Source: Bacteroidota bacterium (GTDB lineage Bacteria; Bacteroidota; Bacteroidia; Bacteroidales; VadinHA17). Taken from it: DNA of 64,000 nucleotides. A program made the position numbers and the translations under genes. The stretch is from the NCBI GenBank assembly GCA_030618105.1, contig JAUXED010000002.1:15-64014 (forward strand), given 5' to 3'. Below the pieces are notes generated by a model. It worked only from the letters and a program-made list of their open reading frames with translations. It was not told where the DNA came from and did not search any database. Shown in pieces: positions 57,608 to 64,000 of the stretch (the stretch's first letter is position 1; every line of letters begins with the position of its first letter).

Positions 57608-57796
57608 ATGTTCTGCAACAATCCTGAAACGAGGAATTTTACAATTTTCACGAATACTTTACTTCACCGGTAAAGCTTGCTTTATGTCTGTTTGATAATT
57701 CTGATAATGAGTATGCTTTCCAACAGATAGTATATTGATTGCAATATTTAATTAATAGCTACTTTTATCCGGTAATTTATTTTTAAAAATTTAATT

Positions 57797-59320
57797 ATGT
57801 CAATAGTTATAACAGGTAATAACCTGACAATAGAAAAACTCGTTAGAGTTGCGCGCAATAATGAGAAAGTTGAATTGCATCCCGGTGCAAAAGAAAAGAT
57901 TAAGATTTGCCGGGCTATGCTTGAAAAGAAAATTCAGGCACATGAAATTATGTATGGAGTAAATACCGGTATTGGAGAGTTTTCAGAAGTTGTTCTTGAT
58001 GATAGCCAGGTTAAGCAGTTTCAGAGATATCTGATATATAATCATGCTGCCGGAATAGGAGACCCTGCCCCTGTGGAATATGTTAGGGGAGCAATGCTTG
58101 GTAGAATAAATGTTCATGCTAATGGCAAATCCGGTTGCCGGACCGAAATTACTGAAACTTTGGTTGAAATGCTTAATAAAGGTGTTACTCCTTTTGTTTG
58201 TCAAAAAGGTTCGGTTGGGGCATCTGGTGATCTGGCCCCGATGTCACAAATTGCCTTGTTATTACTTGGTGAAGGGGAAGCATATTATAAGGGTGAGTTG
58301 ATGGAAGGAAAGAAAGCCATGGATAAGGCGGGAATTGCAATACCCGGATTGGAAGCAAGAGATGGTTTAGCCACAATCAACGGGTCAAATTTATTGACCG
58401 CAATGAGTGCTTTGTTTATTTATGATGCTAATAACTGGCTTAAACAGGCTGAGATAGCAGCTGCAATGTCGCTTGAGGCTCTTAAAGCTAATATGAAACC
58501 ATATACTCCAAAATTGCACGAAGTAAGAGGTTTCAAAGGTGCTGTCCGAAGTGCCAAAGCAATTCAGAAACTCATTGAAGATGGTGACCTGATTAATGGA
58601 AATATAAAGTGTAAAGTACAGGATGCTTATTCTATGAGATCAACTCCTCAGGTAATCGGCTCTGCTCATGATGCCCTGGTATATGCCCGTTCACAGGTTG
58701 AAATTGAATTAAATGGTGTGGGCGATAACCCTGTGTTTTTCCCGGAAGAAGATATGCAACTTACCGGAGCTAACTTTCAGGGCACTCCTGTATCGCTACC
58801 TATGGATATGGCAGGGGTAGCAATTACCATGGTTAGTGTCATGTCTGAAAGAAGAATGAACAGATTGAATAACCCCGCTCTTAGTGTTGGATTGCCGGCT
58901 TTCCTTACAAAAGGGGCGGGAATGTTTTCCGGATTGATGCTAAGTCAGTATACCGCTGATATGCAAATAGTAGAACAAAAAATGTTATCAGCACCTGCAT
59001 CCATACAGTCTATTCCTGCAGCTGCCGACCAGGAAGATTTTGTTTCAATGGGAATGAATACCGCAATTAAAAACTCACAAATACTTGATAACGCGTATGG
59101 AATATTAGGTATCGAGTTGATGGCTGCTGCACAAGCTCTGGATTTTAGAGAATATGAATTTGGTAAAGGAGTAAAGAAAGCAAAGGAAATAATTAGAAAA
59201 CATGTTGATTTTCTTGATATTGACAGACCTTTATACCCTGACCATACAAGAATGAAAAAACTTGTTAAGTCGTGTGAAATTCTTCATGAAGTGGAAAAAG
59301 TTGTTGGAGATCTGGATTAA
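57797..59320 (+). CDS. hutH: Histidine ammonia-lyase (MIO-dependent aromatic amino acid lyase family)
   Basis: MIO-forming GASGDLAPMS. The selectivity position reads NHAAG, retaining the His, which fits HAL rather than PAL/TAL. Confidence 0.85.
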   Translation: MSIVITGNNLTIEKLVRVARNNEKVELHPGAKEKIKICRAMLEKKIQAHEIMYGVNTGIGEFSEVVLDDSQVKQFQRYLIYNHAAGIGDPAPVEYVRGAMLGRINVHANGKSGCRTEITETLVEMLNKGVTPFVCQKGSVGASGDLAPMSQIALLLLGEGEAYYKGELMEGKKAMDKAGIAIPGLEARDGLATINGSNLLTAMSALFIYDANNWLKQAEIAAAMSLEALKANMKPYTPKLHEVRGFKGAVRSAKAIQKLIEDGDLINGNIKCKVQDAYSMRSTPQVIGSAHDALVYARSQVEIELNGVGDNPVFFPEEDMQLTGANFQGTPVSLPMDMAGVAITMVSVMSERRMNRLNNPALSVGLPAFLTKGAGMFSGLMLSQYTADMQIVEQKMLSAPASIQSIPAAADQEDFVSMGMNTAIKNSQILDNAYGILGIELMAAAQALDFREYEFGKGVKKAKEIIRKHVDFLDIDRPLYPDHTRMKKLVKSCEILHEVEKVVGDLD

Positions 59321-59335
59321 AGGCTGTCCTTAACT

Positions 59336-59363
59336 CGTAACCCGTAACACGAAACCCGTAACA
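59336..59363. repeat. Heptamer array CGTAACC CGTAACA CGAAACC CGTAACA
   Basis: Four phased heptamers in the spacer between the convergent hutH and Spy-like genes. CCCGTAACAC is repeated at a 14-nt period. Confidence 0.85.
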
Positions 59364-59415
59364 CTTTGGAAGAATGAATAAGAGTTGAGTTGGGAGGAAA
59401 TGTAACCGGATTTAT

Positions 59416-59886
59416 CTAAAAATTTTGTCTGCCTTGATTTTCACGTCTGTTCCTGAGTTGACGGAGAAGAAATGTTTTATATTGTTCTTCAGCAATATAT
59501 ATTTGCATTACTTTTTTTATGGGAAGAACCTCTTTGAATTTCTCATGGTATGCTAAAAACAGGTCAGATTCCTCTTTCGTAAGACGAATGAACTTTCCGG
59601 TCATATCTTCAATTTCCTTATCTGATAAATTATTGAGGTTCTGAATGTAATAACGGATTGTACTTCTTCTGTCCTGAATGATTTTATTTTTACGTGCCTG
59701 GTAATCATTATAAACAGGCCAGAATTCCTGGGCTTCCTTGGTTGTCAATTGTAGTTTCTTAGTAAAAAAGCCTACTTTTTGCACCTCGAGTTCCTGAATT
59801 TTTTCGTGTATCTGTGAAGAAACCGTCCGGGGTACCAGGAAAAATAAAATAAGGCAATAAAACAGCCAATTCTTTAAATCTTTCAT
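59416..59886 (-). CDS. Periplasmic helical protein of the ECF sigma operon (Spy/CpxP-like, uncertain)
   Basis: Signal peptide followed by charged helical sequence. Third gene after the sigma and anti-sigma candidates. Confidence 0.5.
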   Translation of the reverse strand: MKDLKNWLFYCLILFFLVPRTVSSQIHEKIQELEVQKVGFFTKKLQLTTKEAQEFWPVYNDYQARKNKIIQDRRSTIRYYIQNLNNLSDKEIEDMTGKFIRLTKEESDLFLAYHEKFKEVLPIKKVMQIYIAEEQYKTFLLRQLRNRRENQGRQNF

Positions 59887-59897
59887 CTGTAAATGTT

Positions 59898-60365
59898 TTA
59901 TAAATGATTTGCAATTGTATAAATATCAATGTTTTCATTAAGTAGATAATCAATTATCTCTTCACTTAAATCATCATCTGTTTCAACATGCTGTTGTTCT
60001 TGTTCTTTAAGCAATTCCATTATCAGCGTATTGTCAACATCGTTCGAGTAGAAATCCATATACTCGGCAATTTCCTGGTTGCTGATTTGCGAATTTGAAT
60101 TCTTGTTGATAAAGTATCTGAACCCGGTATATCCTATCAGGGCAAAGCCAAGAATAGCAGCAGCAAGTGCCAAATGAGGCTTTAAATAGTCAACAATCCG
60201 GATTACAGGCTTGCTGACTGCTTTTTCGCGTGCATGAATGTTAACCCGTATTTTTTCCGGTAGATTGTCGAAATAATTATCCGGAACTCTAAAAGGATTT
60301 TCCTTCTTCAATCCGGAAAACTCTTGTTCAGATTGTTTTTTCATATTTATTGATCCTTCCTGCAA
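59898..60365 (-). CDS. Single-pass membrane protein, putative anti-sigma factor
   Basis: Central TM helix (LALAAAILGFALIGYTGF). Starts 28 nt downstream of the ECF sigma gene. The call rests on position only. Confidence 0.5.
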   Translation of the reverse strand: MQEGSINMKKQSEQEFSGLKKENPFRVPDNYFDNLPEKIRVNIHAREKAVSKPVIRIVDYLKPHLALAAAILGFALIGYTGFRYFINKNSNSQISNQEIAEYMDFYSNDVDNTLIMELLKEQEQQHVETDDDLSEEIIDYLLNENIDIYTIANHL

Positions 60366-60393
60366 TTGTTTGACAATAAAAAGTTAAGAAGGT

Positions 60394-60945
60394 TTAATCA
60401 TTAATTAACATTTCTTTGATCTTTTTTACCGCATGATGATAAGAAGCCTTCAGGGCTCCAACTGAAGTGCCAAGTATCTCAGCAATTTCATCATACTTCA
60501 TTTCATCAAAATATTTCATATTAAAAACAAGCCGTTGCTTTTCAGGGAGTTTTAATATAGCTTTTTGAAACTTTAGCTTGGTTTCATCACCATCGAAATA
60601 GTTGTCCCCTTCAAGCGTGTTTTGTAACTTATTCTCTAAATCGATAAATGGGATCCATGTTTTTCTTCTCGAACGTTTCAGGTGGCTGAGAGCTTCATTT
60701 GTTGCTATCCTGAATAGCCATGTAAATAGCTTCGAGTCGCCCCTGAATTTTCCTAAATTATTCCATGCTTTAATAAAAGTTTCCTGTATTACATCATTAG
60801 CATCCTCATGGGTAATGACGATCTTACGAATATGCCAGTATAATTTTTCCTGGTACTTTTTCACAATCAAGCCGAAAGCATAATCAGAATTTTCTCCGGC
60901 ATTGAATAAATGTAAAAGTTCTTTGTCATTGTAGCTGTTTTTCAC
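60394..60945 (-). CDS. ECF-type RNA polymerase sigma-70 family factor
   Basis: Region 2 (DANDVIQETFIKAW) and region 4 HTH (MKYDEIAEILGTSVGALKASYHHAVKKI). Confidence 0.9.
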   Translation of the reverse strand: MKNSYNDKELLHLFNAGENSDYAFGLIVKKYQEKLYWHIRKIVITHEDANDVIQETFIKAWNNLGKFRGDSKLFTWLFRIATNEALSHLKRSRRKTWIPFIDLENKLQNTLEGDNYFDGDETKLKFQKAILKLPEKQRLVFNMKYFDEMKYDEIAEILGTSVGALKASYHHAVKKIKEMLIND

Positions 60946-61014
60946 TACCCTGATATCTTTCTGAATAATAATACTTTATGATCAATATCTTATCAGCTTT
61001 CACCATTTTCCTGA

Positions 61015-62391
61015 TCACAATATCCTGAGAGTCCCGGATTTACCCGGCTCAATTTCAAATGATTTTTCAATAGTATAATAAACGCTTTTTGCATTCCTGG
61101 GTTTAAAGATTACACGGTAATTACCCGGTAATAAAACAAGATTAGTTACTTTGTTTTTGGTATCTATATTATAGATCCACTCAAGATTGTTTTTCTTTTC
61201 CAGAAACAGGCAGCAATATCCTTCTGCACCAAAACTAAGAGTAATAATACCGGGACGAGGAATTTGAATGGTAGTGGTTTCGCTCTGAGAAATAACTACA
61301 TCGTCAATAAGAAGCCGTGGGAGAGTTGGTATTTCTATGTCATACTTTCCAATTAAATATTTTTCAGAGTTATTTACTTTTTGAATGTTTAAAGTGGATT
61401 TTTGACCGGCCTTCCTGACAAAAAATTCCAAATTTCTGAATTGGTTGCCACCTGGAGGTTTAATAATAAAATCTCCCTGTGGAGCATCAATAGCAACTAT
61501 GTTGTGTTTGCCACGATTTAAATGTATTGAATCAAGTGTTACAGGGGGTATTGTATGAACAACCATTTTGTATCTTATCATTGGGTCAAGATACAATGTG
61601 TCGGGATTTCCCCGGTGGTTAATAGCATGAATAAAGTTATACATGATCCTTCCTGAATTAAGGTCATAAAAGGTCATGTTTATATTTGTTTCACTGGGAT
61701 ACCCAAAAGAATCAAGCAGGTTTACCTGTGCTGTAGTTTTATTAAGTGTCTTTGAGATTATCAAATCCAGAGCATCCTTGAAGTTGGTCTCTTTTTGGGT
61801 ATCAAAATAGGTGCCAACACAATTCAGGGATTTTTTAAATTGTGGGTCAATTCCTATCCCAATTACAAAGGGCTCAAGATATATTCCTTCTTTTTGCAGC
61901 CGTTTTGAAATTTCACAAGGATCACCATCACATGCTTCAATACCATCGGTAATTAAAATAATTATATTCCTGCAATTATCACATTTCGGAAAATCATTAC
62001 CGGCTTGCTCGAGAGAATATGCAATGGGTGTAGTTCCTTTGGGGATGAGATATCTCATGCGATGTTTAATATTCTTCCCGTTTTTGGGACCGAAAGGAAC
62101 TTCAAGCTTTGTATCACTGCAGTCCTGAGGCGGAACCACACTTTGATGTCCATACACTCTTAATGCCATTTCAACATTGGGAATTTTCTCAAGACTATCA
62201 ATAGTGTGATAAAGGAATTTCCGTGCGACCGTGATCTTTTTTTCATTTTGCCACAAACCGGCCATGCTTTGTGAACAATCAAGTATAAATAATATACGGG
62301 TTAAAGGTTCCCTGTTGACTTGAGTTTGTGATTGTAACGGAAAGATTATAAGGGTTGAGAAAACCAGGGCAAATAATGTGCTTTTAATCAT
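61015..62391 (-). CDS. Secreted VWA domain protein
   Basis: Signal peptide. MIDAS motif DCSQSM in ILFILDCSQSM. C-terminal beta-rich region. Confidence 0.8.
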   Translation of the reverse strand: MIKSTLFALVFSTLIIFPLQSQTQVNREPLTRILFILDCSQSMAGLWQNEKKITVARKFLYHTIDSLEKIPNVEMALRVYGHQSVVPPQDCSDTKLEVPFGPKNGKNIKHRMRYLIPKGTTPIAYSLEQAGNDFPKCDNCRNIIILITDGIEACDGDPCEISKRLQKEGIYLEPFVIGIGIDPQFKKSLNCVGTYFDTQKETNFKDALDLIISKTLNKTTAQVNLLDSFGYPSETNINMTFYDLNSGRIMYNFIHAINHRGNPDTLYLDPMIRYKMVVHTIPPVTLDSIHLNRGKHNIVAIDAPQGDFIIKPPGGNQFRNLEFFVRKAGQKSTLNIQKVNNSEKYLIGKYDIEIPTLPRLLIDDVVISQSETTTIQIPRPGIITLSFGAEGYCCLFLEKKNNLEWIYNIDTKNKVTNLVLLPGNYRVIFKPRNAKSVYYTIEKSFEIEPGKSGTLRIL

Positions 62392-62413
62392 AAATACTGA
62401 AATTAATCCTTTC

Positions 62414-62421
62414 TCAAATAT
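62414..62421 (-). promoter_or_regulatory. Candidate -7 box TATATTTG for the VWA / ECF sigma cluster
   Basis: The plus strand reads CAAATATA, 23 nt upstream of the start at 62391. Confidence 0.45.
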
Positions 62422-62475
62422 AGAACAAAGCTGTGTAAATCAATTCAAAAATCAGTAAAAATTGATTTGAACCTG

Positions 62476-62483
62476 TATATTTG
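62476..62483 (+). promoter_or_regulatory. Candidate -7 box TATATTTG for ychF
   Basis: Matches TAnnTTTG about 120 nt upstream of 62604. Confidence 0.35.
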
Positions 62484-62603
62484 TAGTTTGCAAAATATGA
62501 CTGGAGCTAAAACAAAACCTGAAAACAGCTTTTATCGTTTGGAATGTGTTTTTTTTTGTAACAGTTTAAAATGTAATTTTGTGGCTGAATAAAGGAAAGA
62601 AAT

Positions 62604-63701
62604 ATGGCATTGAACTGTGGAATAATCGGGATTACAAATACAGGAAAAACAACCTTATTTAATTGTATTTCACCTGTTAAAGGCGAAATAACAAATTTTG
62701 CATTCAGTGCAACGAAGTCAAATATTGGAATTATTAAAGTGCCGGACCAAAGGCTTCAGGAACTTGAAAAGTTGCATTCAACGGAAAAGGTTGTTCCAAC
62801 CACAGTAGAGATTGTAGATATACCCGGTCTTACAAAGGGCTCAAGTAGGGGTGAAGGTGTTGGGAACAAATTCCTGAATGATATTCGCAATGCCGATGCA
62901 CTGATCCATTTGCTCAGATGTTTCGACGATGAAAATCTGCCTCATACCGAAGGATCTGTTGATCCGGTCAGAGACCTTGAAACCATAGAACTCGAACTTC
63001 AGATAAAGGATATTGAATCTGTCGAAAAAAAACTGGAAAAAATTGAGAAAGTGGCAAGATCAGGTGATAAAGATGCCGGAAAGAACGCGGATGTTCTGCG
63101 CGTAATTAAAAATCACCTGGAGAACTTTCAGCCGGCAAGGACATTGAAATTAAGTGATGAAGAGAGTAGATATGCTGAAGATTTGTTTCTGCTAACGGCA
63201 AAACCGGTAATGTACGTGTGTAATGTGGATGAAGAATCGGCAGTGTCGGGAAACCGGTATGTAGATAAGGTGAAGGAAGCGCTGAAAGAGGAAGAAACGG
63301 AAATACTTGTTATTGCTGCGGGCCTGGAAGCTGAGATTGCAGAATTGGAGGATGAAGATGACAGGAAAGATTTTCTAAAAGATATTGGCCTTTCTGAACC
63401 CGGTGTGAATAAATTCGTAAGGACAGCATATAAACTGCTTAACCTGAAAACCTTTTTTACGGTTGGGCCTAAGGAAATCAGAGCCTGGACTATTAAAGAG
63501 GGTGCTAATGCAAGGAAAGCTGCAGGTATTGTCCATAGCGACCTGGAAAGGGGATTTATACGGGCTGAGGTGATGAAATATGACGATTTTGTATCACTGG
63601 GCTCTGAACATAAATGCCGTGAAGCAGGGAAATTATATATTGAAGGTAAAAACTATATCGTTGAAGACGGTGACATTTTGTTTATCCGATTTAATATCTG
63701 A
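62604..63701 (+). CDS. ychF: Ribosome-binding ATPase YchF
   Basis: N-terminal P-loop GITNTGKTTLFN and a C-terminal TGS-like region (FIRAEVMKYDDF...EGKNYIVEDGDILFIRFN). Confidence 0.93.
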   Translation: MALNCGIIGITNTGKTTLFNCISPVKGEITNFAFSATKSNIGIIKVPDQRLQELEKLHSTEKVVPTTVEIVDIPGLTKGSSRGEGVGNKFLNDIRNADALIHLLRCFDDENLPHTEGSVDPVRDLETIELELQIKDIESVEKKLEKIEKVARSGDKDAGKNADVLRVIKNHLENFQPARTLKLSDEESRYAEDLFLLTAKPVMYVCNVDEESAVSGNRYVDKVKEALKEEETEILVIAAGLEAEIAELEDEDDRKDFLKDIGLSEPGVNKFVRTAYKLLNLKTFFTVGPKEIRAWTIKEGANARKAAGIVHSDLERGFIRAEVMKYDDFVSLGSEHKCREAGKLYIEGKNYIVEDGDILFIRFNI

Positions 63702-63705
63702 GGCT

Positions 63706-64000
63706 ATGAAAAGTATCATAAAATATTTTTTTGGACTTGTAATTATTTTGTTTATCATGCATCCCGTATATGGACAACCGGGTAATCAAGCTTCAGAAGC
63801 TGCAAAATACCTCGAAGAAAGGGGAGAGGTTGATCTGAAGTTAATATGCAATGATCGGCAATTAATTAACAAATTATCTGAGATACTCTCTGTTGTTAAT
63901 GTCAATGGCAATGTCGTTACATGCAATGCCAATGCAGATGAGTTTATTAAATTCCTTGCACTTGAGAAAGAATATACTGTAATTCCCCCTGCCGTATATC
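63706..64000 (+). CDS. Secreted hypothetical protein, 3' end outside the window
   Basis: Hand translation gives MKSIIKYFFGLVIILFIMHPVYGQPGNQASEAAKYLEERGEV..., open to the window edge. Signal-peptide-like start. Confidence 0.5.
   Translation, partial: MKSIIKYFFGLVIILFIMHPVYGQPGNQASEAAKYLEERGEVDLKLICNDRQLINKLSEILSVVNVNGNVVTCNANADEFIKFLALEKEYTVIPPAVY

Noticed and set aside
57797-59320. Whether the lone MIO-lyase next to hisS is a tyrosine or phenylalanine ammonia-lyase (for example for aryl-polyene or flexirubin-type pigments) rather than HutH.
   Set aside because: The selectivity position reads N-H-A-A-G, retaining the His characteristic of histidine ammonia-lyases (S-H), rather than the H-L (TAL) or F-L (PAL) pattern. 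No pigment or polyketide genes are nearby. The absence of hutU and hutI from the window is noted but is not informative.
62497-62592. A 31-codon upstream ORF (MTGAKTKPENSFYRLECVFFCNSLKCNFVAE) between the candidate ychF promoter box and ychF.
   Set aside because: There is no conservation evidence available and no recognisable leader-peptide logic. Short ORFs of this size arise by chance.

Overview
AT-rich chromosomal segment that looks like Bacteroidota. Evidence for that placement: a T9SS-type C-terminal sorting domain protein, the DUF4290-murA pairing, an N-terminally extended L22, and TAnnTTTG-type -7 boxes upstream of many genes. Almost all of the window is core housekeeping. It holds one uninterrupted 34-gene block, 28595-47788: rpsL-rpsG-fusA, then the S10, spc and alpha ribosomal-protein genes with secY, map, infA and rpoA, then eno. 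It also holds grpE-dnaJ, murA, a uvrD-like helicase, pncB-pncA, gltA, hisS, hutH and ychF, an ABC exporter pair, a sigma-54 activator, an ECF sigma cluster, and several envelope or unknown-function genes. I found no rRNA, tRNA, CRISPR array, transposase, prophage or recognisable defence island, and I cannot point to a convincing new multi-gene protein system. The unusual content is of two kinds. (1) Non-coding: many spacers carry short-period (7-8 nt), strand-asymmetric arrays. One class is a GAATG/GGAAT octamer array that lacks C on one strand; two of its loci are sequence-related two-arm hairpin elements lying upstream of dnaJ and rpsL. A second class is GC-richer heptamer arrays at gene 3' ends. 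There are also related CCACC...GGTGG hairpins, a 12-bp-phased self-complementary ACGT array and a MITE-like inverted-repeat pair. (2) Proteins with degenerate catalytic motifs: an EF-G paralog whose catalytic His is Leu and whose NKxD is NLLD; a hybrid histidine kinase with no G1/G2 ATP-binding boxes; a sigma-54 activator without a DNA-binding domain; and an Asp-type MurA. All functional calls rest on reading the translations and on hand alignment. No database search was possible.
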